From: Antedon mediterranea
Taxonomy: Eukaryota > Animalia > Echinodermata
Direction: 5' to 3'
Assembly: GCF_964355755.1 (NCBI RefSeq)
Contig: NC_092676.1
Coordinates: forward strand, 14,154,871 to 14,218,870
DNA length: 64,000 nucleotides
Of the stretch, positions 26,885-38,032 are shown in pieces (position 1 is the first letter of the stretch; each line of letters begins with the position of its first letter). The translations under genes were made by a program, and so were the position numbers. Below the pieces are notes generated by a model that did no database searches, was not told the DNA's origin, and saw only the letters and a program-made list of their open reading frames with translations.

Positions 26885-28670
26885 TAAGAATGATTGTATT
26901 ATAGTACGAGTATAATTATAAATATGACCCCAAAGATTCAGAATAATGTACTTGATTTGTCTTTGGTGTCAAGGTCAAAGGTCATTTCAGTACGCCATCT
27001 AAAATATGCTAATCTCTTAATCTAATAGGTATTTTGAATAAGAATGTACGAGTACAAATATAAACATGACCTTTAAGATTCAGAAGAGCACATTTGATTT
27101 TGTATCTTACTCTGGGGTCACTGGGAAGGCCATAATATAAAAATATTCAAATTATCCTTTAAATCAATTTGCATAGTAGTCTTACTACTATTAAAAACAT
27201 AGCATTGAAGCAGATTGATGTCTGCACACTGCGCCCACACCCCTCCCACAGATTACTACGTCAATGATTATTATACCAGTTTGAACAAATTGAATATTAT
27301 AACTAATAAATTTACATAGGATCAGTAGGTCATTTACTTTATACATGGAGTAAAGAATAATTCTTATTCTTTACTCCATGCTTTATACCATACAGCTTAT
27401 TCTGATAATACATCATTTAAGTACTTTAGTAGGCCTACGAAGCTTAGTACCTTACATTTCTTAAACATTGGTCACAAAAATGTCTAAATAATTCTTTGGT
27501 GGGACTCTGGAGCAATTCTCGCTGCACTGAGGAGTCAGTAAAATTACGTCATATTAGACCAAAACATCCTATAAACTTAGCTTTCTGGTAAATTATCACC
27601 CATAATTTTGTTTTAAATCGAATTTTCTACAAAAAAAACTAAGCAACAACAGTTGCAAAAGACTAGTTTTGTATAGTATACTTTATAGTAAGTATCACAA
27701 TGTTCTTCTTCCTTACTTACTGTATTCATTGCATTCTGGATTGAAGCATCATTTTGCTAATAAAAGTATTAATAAATACTGTTACTTGATACTAATATAT
27801 ACTGTTAATTAAACATTTCTGTGTTTAGATCAATTCTAACATACACTAAAATATGAATACAAACTGCACCTGATTTTAATGATGATTTTTTTTTCTTTCG
27901 TCACATAGTCTCTGTATTCTTAATACACAGAATTCTCTGTATTCTTAATACACAGAATATGTCATCTTTCACTACTGCACCCACTTCGGTTAGTACAACT
28001 TCACCTTCCCAATGTTAGGAAATACAAATCAAATGCAAATCTTTAAGAACACATTTATATTTCTATTAAATACATTTTTGTTCAAAATACCTGATGTTTA
28101 GAGGGATAATTAGCATATTTCATATGGCATAATTAGATGACATTTGACTTTGACCCCTAATACAACTCAATTGCATTATTCTGAATATTTAGGGTCATAT
28201 TTATATTAACTGCAATTTTGTTAAAAAGTTTTGAGAGAAATTTTTTCATATTTTATAATTGTGTAATTAGATGACCTTTTAAACCTTTACCTCTAATACA
28301 ACTCAATTGCATTATTCTAAACCGTTAGGGTCATGTTTATATTTGTACTTATAGTTATACATTCTTATTGAAAATATCTAATAGATTAAGAGATAATTAG
28401 CATATTTTAGAGGCCTTACTTGGAATGACCTTTGACCTTGACCGCAAAGACAAATCAAATATATTATTCTGAATCTTTCGGGTCACATTTATATTTGTAC
28501 TTAAACATTCTTTTTCAAAATACCTAATGGATTAAGAGATAATTAACTGTAATGACCTTTGACCTCCAAAGACAAATCAAATATATTATTCTGAATCGTT
28601 GCGTCATATTTATATGTGTGTTCAATACATTCTTATACCAAATTCTTTATGGTTAAAGAGATAATTGGGA
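26885..28670. repeat. Inverted arrays of ~120-150-bp subrepeats containing TGACCTTTGACCT (foldback-like element)
   Basis: Units at ~26890-27130 are reverse complements of tandem units at ~28080-28670. Confidence 0.65.
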
Positions 28671-28829
28671 TCAAGGTTGTGAAATGGCAGCCATTTTGAT
28701 TTTATGCAAATTAGGTCATTTAAAATGGGTAGATCAGGGTAGATTTTAGATATATATAGTTGAGGATGTTTTAGCAAAAAAACGAGCTTTTCCAATTTGT
28801 TTGACTCAAAAGGCTATTTCACCCATCTA

Positions 28830-31800
28830 AATTAGTTAGAAGAATATTTATTTATCATTGGGCTTTGACATCAAGTATGAATAATTATTTTTTAAGATTG
28901 AGAGATTTTCGAGGACATTTTATTACCTATATTATTAAAATATACATTAAACAAATCTGAAATTTCATTTCCATCCGTTATCTTTATATTATTTTCAAGA
29001 AAGAACTGTGCTATTTTTACCCAATATTTAGTTGGTATATTTTTCCATGTTTGCTTAATATTATTTTTATATAAATTTAATTTATTTATTTTTAGCCGAT
29101 ATATTATTAGTTTTTAAGAATAATTAATTATACAGTCTATTCTTGGTATTTATCGATTTTATTATGGCCCAAGTGATCCATGGTTTTCTTTCCTTTCTTC
29201 TTTTTATTTTCTTTTTAGTTATTTTAATATGATTGTCATAAGCATTGGAAAAATTAATAAAAAAATATAACATAAGCTATATTACAGCAATTATTAACAT
29301 TAAAGACGTCGCCCCAATCAGTTTCATTAAGTTGTATACCCAGTTCCGAAATAGTTTTACTATTTATTTTCCTACAATAACTATATTTTTGTTCATTGGT
29401 ATTCAAAATAATGTTATTATCTTTTAAAGTAAATATCGGAAAATGATAAATAAAATGCCAGATATAAATGTGTTATTCAATATATTGGTGAAAATATTAT
29501 CTTTGAGGGATGCATTGTTTGTATTGACTCGGTTTATCAATAAGGGAGAAAATAATTTGAATACATATAATTAAGGAATTTAGCTGTTGGACCAGATAAT
29601 TTTATCAGATCAAGGTTAAAATCGCCACAGATGTAAGCAGGTTTTTTTCATTAGAAATAAGTTCAGTATTTTTCGAAATATAATTTAAGAATGGTTCGAC
29701 TGGGGTGTCAGGAGCTCGATAAACAATTTCTAGAACATTGATTCATATGAGGTACAAGGTAAATTTAATCCTCTCTGATTTGATAGTTAAGGGTATCTCT
29801 TATGTATAATGCAACCCCTTCTCCTCGTTATGTCGCCTGTCCGTTTGAACAATACTGCAATGTGTGTTAATGGTGGAGGTTTGTTGTTATTATCAAAGAA
29901 ATCAGAGAAATCTATTAAAGTCAAATTCATGATTTAAAAAATTAAAATTCAAGATAATCGGTAATAGAACTAATATTCTTTTTTAAACTACGAGAATTTA
30001 TATGAATTAAACATAAATCTCCTATTTTATCTTTTGTCCGGGTAAAAAATGGTATGATTTTGCTATTAAAAAAATAAAAAAATAAATCAATGTAATTTTT
30101 TATTCATAAATCAAAATATAATTCAACATTTGAAACACTGTTTAAAAGTTTATGTCAAGTGAAAATATTAAAATTCATAAATATGAAATATTATTTATAA
30201 AATTAATTATTCAAAGAGTTATAAAGAGAAGCAATATTGTTAAATGTTATCAAAATATTTATTTCCACAAATTAAAAAGTTATGCTTGGCATATTAAACA
30301 AGACAATATATGAACACATTTAAGGCGAAACTTTAAGAATTGGCGTTTGATATCTGAATTTTTTAGTGGATCCAAGTTCTTGGTTCTTGGTTGCAAGTTT
30401 CTGCTGAGCAGAATAAAATCTACAAAGAATGAAATCTACAAAGTGATGTCCACACCAAATACTGGTTATGTTGTTTTGGATTTAAGTTTTGTTCTTTTGT
30501 GGATTGTTGTTTTAAATACAGACCACAATCTTTTGTGATTAATAAACAACAGTTAACACCTTTGTACAGTACTTTTCAGCCTACAGTACAAAAACACTTT
30601 TTAATTATAATGCCATCCCGTCTATAAAACAAATGTCCAATCCGTAACATTCAATACATTTTGATAGTAATGTGTTTTTTTTTAATAAAAAATACAAGGT
30701 TTAAAAAACATGTTTAAATCTATTGCAATTTAATATCCTTAGGAGTTGAAAATTAAGATTTAGAATTAAGAATAAAAATGCATGTATGAAATTAATAAAT
30801 GTTAATACAATACATGATTATGAACAATTGGAGCTTTATGTGGAAAATTTTAACAAGGTGCATGGGTTTATGAAATGGATTTAAATGATACGTCCCATCC
30901 GTAACAAAAATGTCTGTCTCGTTCCTATGACTATCTCATCAATACATTTTTTTGAAATATGATATTTTTAACAAAAGTTTCAAAATATTTGTTTATAATG
31001 TATTGCATATTTCTTAAAAGTAGAAAACAAAATATTAAATTGTGGCATCAATACTTTTAAATGAAATGTAAAAGACACCCCAAAACTCTTATTAAAATGT
31101 CGTGGACTGGATAATTATGAATTTTGAAATGCATATATGAAATTTAATAAACAAAATATGTGTTATAAAATCCTTGACTATGTACAATAGGGACATAATA
31201 GTAACTATATCTGGCAAAAAAAATGTTTAAAAGATTCATGGTTTTTTAAATAATTAGGATTTAAATGATGTGTCCCGTCCGTAACAAAAATGTCCCGTCC
31301 GTAACAATATATTTTTGAAATATGATATTTTCATCAAAATATAAAATTTTCAAAAAATGTGTTCATAATCTAATGAGATATAGTCCTTATGGGGACAAAA
31401 TGAATATCAAGATTTTTGCATAATTACTTTTAAAATAAATGTAAAAAAACACCTAAAACCTCGCGGACGGGACATTTATGAATTTGAATTGCATGTATGA
31501 AATTAATAAACAACCAAATTTTAATTAAATACTTGATTATTTATTATTGAGACATAAAGTAACTATATCTGTTGATAAAACAGTAATAAGAGATGCATAG
31601 ATATATAAATAGGATTTTAAAATGTCCCGTCCGTAACGTCAAATATAGTATTTTCATATTTAATATTCAATAACTTAAAAAATAAATATCAGAAAAATAA
31701 AAAAAAATGTTATTTAATAAACTTCAATGTCTACTTTGAGAAATGGCCAAGAGTAAGTTACATCAAAATCAGTAAATGAAATTTTTCAACCCACGGACCA

Positions 31801-33400
31801 AATACTGTGGAATCTCCATCGTTATTTCCTATGTAAAGATATCATATACAAAAAATCAATGGTGTGATCATATTTGAAGCTGATGAGTTACCGGTATATG
31901 ATTAAAAGGGAATGCACTCCCAAGACAAAATGGGCATTAAAATATCAAATCAACATTGTTAACAGGTATAAAACATTTATGGAATGACTGTTTAAGGCAT
32001 TCAAGAACTAAAGCAGAAATGTACTTATTTCACATACGTATATCAGTAGTTATTTTTAGAATAATTCTGTAGTAAATTCTTTAGTAAAGATACAAGTTTG
32101 AATAATGACCAGATGAATATCATAAAAATATGAATTAAATGTAGCATAATAAAAGAAAACAATAATAAAACAAAACAGAAAAACATGCATGCAAATTAGG
32201 TAGCATACGCGCTATGAATATGTATATATATAACAATAGCATGGGCATACAAGTACAAAGGCATAGCGCGCGTTAACAACGTAAGACGTTTATAGATGCT
32301 TTACAGTGGTAAAGATTAAGCATTTAAATAATGAAAAAATAAAAACAAAACAAATTATGTGTAACATAATGTAACTTCTATTATAAGTTATAAATTCTAA
32401 ATATTGGGACTTCTGTAAAGAACACTGTTAATATATAGGTCACCCTTTCGAAATACTGGTTTCTTCTTTCATTGAATGCTTTAATCAAGATATCCGAAGA
32501 GGTCGCTCCTGAAGATCTTCTAACACATGCATTTCTTTCTATTCAATTGGGCCTTTAAGCGTTTCAATTGAGATATTATTGCAAATTTTTCAGTTCTGTA
32601 TAAAAACCGTGCAACAATTTGCCTGTGCTTATCCTTCAAAATGTTACCAATACAATGAGCATATTCAATATTAATATTTTTATCCTCCATTTTTAAATCT
32701 TTTTTAATAAACTTGTTAAGGACTTCTTCAGCGTTTTCAGCTTTAATTTCTGGTATCCCAACAAATCTAAGATTAACACTTCTAGTATATCTCTCATGCG
32801 CAAGCGCACTTGATTTCACACTATCCATATTGATTTGTAATTCCTCAAGTTTGCCATTCAACGATGTTATTTTGTCAGTAAGTTGCGTATTTTTTATAGT
32901 TAGTTCTTCTTCAATATTTTGGTATTGGTAAATTTGGGTTTTTTCAAGTACCATTCAACGATGTTATTTTGTCAGTAAGTTGAGTATTTTTTATTCGTTA
33001 GGTCTTCAATATTTTGGTATTGGTAAATTTGGGTTTTTTCAAGTTCCACACATTTATGTTCAATATTATCCATCCTTTTAACTATGGCGGTCTGATTAAT
33101 CAGAATTGAGTCAAGCTTACCCCTGTTATCTTCACAGATCTTGGCCAAGTCTGCTATCTTCGTCATAAGCACGTGGTGGCAAGCCTGATTACATCAGAAG
33201 TCTCAGGATCTGCACCATTTTCGTCATCACTGGGGCTGAGGCCTAGAGATTTGGGCAAGACTTTTCCTTTTGCTGGATTTTTAGGCGGCATTTCTAAAAT
33301 ATAAATATACAATGGTGTTTAAACAACAATATTAATCCAGGTTTGATGTATTTTTTACTATTGTGGAGTCAACGTAAATAATGTATTCTCTGGGAGAGGT
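28830..33400 (-). mobile_element. Decayed 5' half of a two-ORF LINE (ORF1 + endonuclease), interrupted by another repeat
   Basis: ORF1 remnant from ATG 33291 with coiled coil and RRM-like ERYTRSVNLRFVGIPE..IEYAHCIG..RQIVARF; broken APE motifs GVALYI, VYRAP, CGDFN and PWIT at ~29160-29830. Confidence 0.75.
30600..31670. repeat. ATGTCCCGTCCGTAAC repeat family, copy 2 (inside the decayed LINE)
   Basis: Collinear with 21250-22260. Confidence 0.75.
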
Positions 33401-34079
33401 GTGCAGATAACGTCTTACTCAATCGTCGCCATTAAGTATCCTGAAGTCATACAATTCATTTGATAAAGTTCTACATGGAAGAAACGTTCTTCTTTAAATT
33501 ACTCCCAATGATCGATTTATTGTATTATATTTAGTTTAGTTAAAGTTAGTTATTCAGGTCTTTTCCCCCAATATGTCCTGGACCGCATCGCATATTGTGA
33601 GTGCCACGGCGATTCAAACAAAGATGCGTGGTCAACAAAAAAATAAAATAAATACAAACAATGTTTGATCGTGTGTCACGTAGGCGGCCTAACAGGCACT
33701 ACAGTAAATTATTATGTTTAAGACAAAAAACAAGTTGTTATTGCGATCATTTATTTAGCAACCCATGCTCCGCATAGTATTTTTCTGCCTTATTATGTGG
33801 TTATACTTTGCATGGGCAAGTATAATAAAAGCGCACTCTGATAAAAGTGCTTTGACAAATTATTAAAATAAAAACAAATTGTATCACGAATAAAATCTGG
33901 AACTACTTCCATTGATTTGTTATACACTATCCCTTCACTTTAAATATATGTAGGCTAAAAAATTAAAGCAACAGTGGATATGGAACTTTAGACTATTTTT
34001 TACTGTTCAGACTTTACGAAAATAAAAGACGCTAAAGAAAAATTGTGCTGTGTAAATTAGATATGCGCGCAAACATAAC

Positions 34080-37000
34080 CGTGCTCCTCAGTGTGTTTGG
34101 AATTTCAGTTTTTCCAAGTGAATTTGACTTTGCTTTGGTGTTTTGGATGTATCCAGTCGTTATTATTTCACTTGTGAACATTCTTGATGGTATTTATGTT
34201 TGATCTGTGGTCCAATTTTGTGGATTTTAGATGTTTTTTGATGTATTTGTGCCGTCGGAACTAAGGAATTCCGGATCACGCCGTGATTTGCATTTCGCGC
34301 CAAACCAGCTGCTGTAGTACGGTGTAGTACAATGGCTCGCTAGTTGATTAGCTGTACCGGTACAACAAACACATATCTGGACCTATTTGAATTGCCTTAT
34401 TTAACAACATAATGACTCTATTTAGTTGTTTGATGACGTTACTCTGCACATTATTTCTGAGATCAATCATATTTCAACCAGGTTCATTTGATTGTCTGGT
34501 TCGTCAACTCAGCTATCATAACGAAAATGTTCACTATAACATCCGTGTCGGTGAGTCATGTTCTCTTTTTTTGCATACATGTGCTAGCATTAATAACACC
34601 ACAAGAAAACGATATATAAGTAGGCCTGTGAGATATTACGCCAATCATTATTCGACTTTTAACCTATGTTTGTTGGTTAGTGGCGACATTCATCCTCACC
34701 CAGGCCCAGAGCTGATGCATAGGAACAAGAGCCAGCATATTGGAAACGGTAATAGTACGAAGAATACATGTGAATCTTGCGCTAAAACGGCGAGAAGCAA
34801 TCAAAAATGTCTGATTTGCTGTGAATGTCATCACATATTTCATATCAAGTGCATACCTATGAGCAGCGATAGTTATGTGTTTTATCAAGATAATCCATGG
34901 GCGTGTAACATCTGCTCCCTACCACAACTATCGGACTCATTTTTTGACAACTCATTGAACAACAACAACAACAGTATATTGTCACTTGCATCCAGCAATA
35001 CATCAACTGATTCTTCCATCTTTGAAACTAACCTTATTCAAGTTGCTTTATTTAACGCCAGAAGTGTGGTGAATAAGATCGAAGAATTCCATGCGCGTAT
35101 CGCAATTGATGAATTGGATATCTTGATTGTCACAGAAACGTGGCTGGACTCCTCTATTGATAGTACGGAACTGTTTCCAGACTCATTCGTTGTGTACAGA
35201 AAAGACCGTTCAAGACACGGTGGTGGTGTTCTGTTAGCTTTGAAGAACGCATTTAAATCCTCTATTGTTGACTTTCCTACTAACATTGAGGTCAAAATTA
35301 TTGAAATAACTGTAAATAACAATTTTAACGTTTTAATATGTGCTGTTTATAGGCCACCGAGTTCAAATGACGATTGGCTCAATCAATTCCACGATGTCGT
35401 TGATTTTATCCTTTCTATTTTACATAAGTACTGTGGTGTAATTTTAACTGGTGATTTTAATTATGATTACGGTGTTGATAGTCCCTTAGTTTATAAGAAA
35501 TTTAAAGAAATTATTGCTCCACTTGATACTATACAATTTGTTGATTTTTTTACTCGTGTATCTAACACCAAAAGTAGCATTATTGATCTGGTCTTGTGCA
35601 ATAACCCTGACATTGTATGTAATTTCAGAAGTCATCCCGGTCTCAGTACAAGTGACCACCTTGGGGTTTATTTTAATATTAACGCTAGATGCAGTAAAGT
35701 TAAACCTGTAGATAGATATTATTATCAATATAGTAAATGTGACCATGACGATCTTTTTACAACGTTGGGGGCGGTTCCTTGGGGACTGTGCCTGGAACAA
35801 TCAGACTGTGAGGAAATGTGGGAAAATTTTAAAGACCTCTTTCTCGCCACTATCAACGATTGTATCCCTAAAGTCAAAAGTAAAAAAAGAAACAGGCCAG
35901 CTTGGATAACTCAAGAAATGGTTACCATGGCTCGTAAAAAGAAACGAATGCTAAAAGAGGCTCATCGTCATCCTCATAACCTAAATAAGATGGACAAATA
36001 TAGAAAGTTTAGTAATAAATTAAGAAACCTAACAAAAAAAGCTCATTTACAATATATTAGGAAATTAAGTGTCGCCTGTGTAAATGGTGACTCCAAACGT
36101 TTTTTTAGTTATGTTAAGACAAGGCGTAAGACTGGACAAGTCAAAAACTTTGTTTTTAATGGTATACCCTTGGTTTCCGATATCGATGCGGTAAATGCAT
36201 TTTCCACATTCTTTGCGTCAAACTTTAACGAACCTAATCGTAATTTCAATGTTAACCATGAGATCTGTAATTGTGTTCACCCAGATATTGTTCCCCTTAA
36301 TAACATTAATATTACTGAAAAAACTATCTTCGAGGCTCTATTGTCATTGAAACCCAACAAATCCCCTGGACCAGACGGGATTACACCTAAAATGTTATCC
36401 ATGTCAGCTCCAATTATTGCCCCAGTGTTGTGCAAAATGTTTAACAAGTTCTTAACGGATGGCTTTGTACCAAAAGATTGGAAACTCGCAAATGTCACTC
36501 CTATTTTTAAGTCAGGTAATCGTAACGATGTTAATAATTATCGACCCATATCGCTATGTTCTATTATAGGTAAGGTTTTTGAACGTATTATAGCAGATAA
36601 CATTCTTTTTCATCTTCAATTTTTTGGATTTATAAGTCCCACGCAACACGGGTTTTATCCAGGTAGATCGTGTGTTACACAGGCCTCAGCGTTATATCAT
36701 GATTGGTCACAAACAATGGATGTTAGACAACCTCCTGTAATTGATGCAATATTCCTTGATTGGGAGAAGGCCTTTGACCGTGTTCCCCATGATTTAGTAA
36801 TCAAGAAACTGCACAACATGGGAGTATGTGGATCTCTCCTAAAGTGTCTTCACTCCTTTCTCAGTGACAGATTCCAACGTGTTGTTCTTAATAAGGAGCA
36901 TTCTGATTGGGATAGAGTGGGCTCGGGTGTTCCTCAGGGATCAGTGTTAGGCCCGCTTCTATTTAATCTCTTTGTTTATGACCTACCTCTAAATACCTCT

Positions 37001-38032
37001 TCTGTTATGAAGCAGTATGCAGATGATACAGTAATTTATAAACCTGTATTCAGTCGTCATGATGCACTTACCTTACAACAGGATCTTTGTAAAATTTCCA
37101 AATGGTGTGAGGATAATAAAATGAAATTAAATGCAAAGAAGTGTAAAGTCATGCACATAACTAGGAAACGTAATTATATCCCTCATTTTATTTATACAAT
37201 CGAATCCAATCCCCTTGAAGCTGTTAATTCACATAAATATCTTGGTATTAACTTCTCACGTGATTTAACATGGTCTGCTCACGTTAATGATGTATCGATG
37301 AAATCAATGAGAATGCTTGGGTTTATCAAACGGTTTGTAGGTTTCAATGACACCGAAATTTTACTACGACTTTTTAATGCACTATGTCGACCTGTTATTG
37401 AATATGGTGCTCCTGTGTGGGATCCACATCAAAAACAACATAATATAGCTATTAACAAGTCATTAAGACGGGTTACTAAATTGTGTGTTGAAGGCGATTT
37501 CACTGACAGGCTTAAGATACTAAATTTACCAGATATGGTTCAAAGAATGAAATTTCATAGTATAATTTTTGTAGTTAAGTGTTTGCATAATTTAATTGAT
37601 TTTGATATATTTGAATACCTTACAATTAATTCTCGGTATCCAGAGTCGCTCACCTTTAAACACATGTATGCTAGAACTAATGCATTTAAATACTCCCTGT
37701 TTGTTAATTTTCCTCGAATATGGGAATGTATCCCGCATGAAGTTCGTAACAAAGTCCTGTTTAACTTTGGGGGGTTTAGAAGGGATTTGAAAAAATGTAT
37801 TACTGATATCGAATTCATCTAGACTATCACTGTGTTTTTATGTCTTTTGCGTTTTTCGTACTATTAGTTGGGAAAGCCACTCGACAGTGCAGTTCTTTTG
37901 AACTGATCCACTTTTGGTTACCCGCAGGTGCTGATAGTACTTTGTTCTGTTTTGTTGAATGATGCCGTGCCTTGTTTATGATTTTTGTATGTTACCTGGA
38001 AATTGAATAAAATAAAAATAAAAAAAAAAAAA
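34080..38032 (+). mobile_element. Intact young CR1/L2-group non-LTR retrotransposon, single ORF
   Basis: ATAAC duplicated at 34075-34079 and 38033-38037; A-rich tail; 3' UTR hairpin CAGTTC-TTTT-GAACTG at 37890-37905; uninterrupted 1136-aa ORF. Confidence 0.9.
34412..37822 (+). CDS. LINE polyprotein: 2A-like peptide, PHD finger, APE endonuclease, reverse transcriptase
   Basis: SGDIHPHPGP; CESC..CCEC..FHIKC..WACNIC (C4HC3); FNARS, TETWL, YRKDR, GGGV, YRPP, GDFN and SDH; PGPDG, YRPISL, QHGF, FLDWEKAFD, GVPQGSVLGP, YADD and YLG. Confidence 0.95.
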   Translation: MTLFSCLMTLLCTLFLRSIIFQPGSFDCLVRQLSYHNENVHYNIRVGESCSLFLHTCASINNTTRKRYISRPVRYYANHYSTFNLCLLVSGDIHPHPGPELMHRNKSQHIGNGNSTKNTCESCAKTARSNQKCLICCECHHIFHIKCIPMSSDSYVFYQDNPWACNICSLPQLSDSFFDNSLNNNNNSILSLASSNTSTDSSIFETNLIQVALFNARSVVNKIEEFHARIAIDELDILIVTETWLDSSIDSTELFPDSFVVYRKDRSRHGGGVLLALKNAFKSSIVDFPTNIEVKIIEITVNNNFNVLICAVYRPPSSNDDWLNQFHDVVDFILSILHKYCGVILTGDFNYDYGVDSPLVYKKFKEIIAPLDTIQFVDFFTRVSNTKSSIIDLVLCNNPDIVCNFRSHPGLSTSDHLGVYFNINARCSKVKPVDRYYYQYSKCDHDDLFTTLGAVPWGLCLEQSDCEEMWENFKDLFLATINDCIPKVKSKKRNRPAWITQEMVTMARKKKRMLKEAHRHPHNLNKMDKYRKFSNKLRNLTKKAHLQYIRKLSVACVNGDSKRFFSYVKTRRKTGQVKNFVFNGIPLVSDIDAVNAFSTFFASNFNEPNRNFNVNHEICNCVHPDIVPLNNINITEKTIFEALLSLKPNKSPGPDGITPKMLSMSAPIIAPVLCKMFNKFLTDGFVPKDWKLANVTPIFKSGNRNDVNNYRPISLCSIIGKVFERIIADNILFHLQFFGFISPTQHGFYPGRSCVTQASALYHDWSQTMDVRQPPVIDAIFLDWEKAFDRVPHDLVIKKLHNMGVCGSLLKCLHSFLSDRFQRVVLNKEHSDWDRVGSGVPQGSVLGPLLFNLFVYDLPLNTSSVMKQYADDTVIYKPVFSRHDALTLQQDLCKISKWCEDNKMKLNAKKCKVMHITRKRNYIPHFIYTIESNPLEAVNSHKYLGINFSRDLTWSAHVNDVSMKSMRMLGFIKRFVGFNDTEILLRLFNALCRPVIEYGAPVWDPHQKQHNIAINKSLRRVTKLCVEGDFTDRLKILNLPDMVQRMKFHSIIFVVKCLHNLIDFDIFEYLTINSRYPESLTFKHMYARTNAFKYSLFVNFPRIWECIPHEVRNKVLFNFGGFRRDLKKCITDIEFI

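Noticed and set aside
34412-37822. RT as a retron, DGR or defence-type system
   Set aside because: APE-RT architecture, A tail and target duplication identify an ordinary non-LTR retrotransposon.
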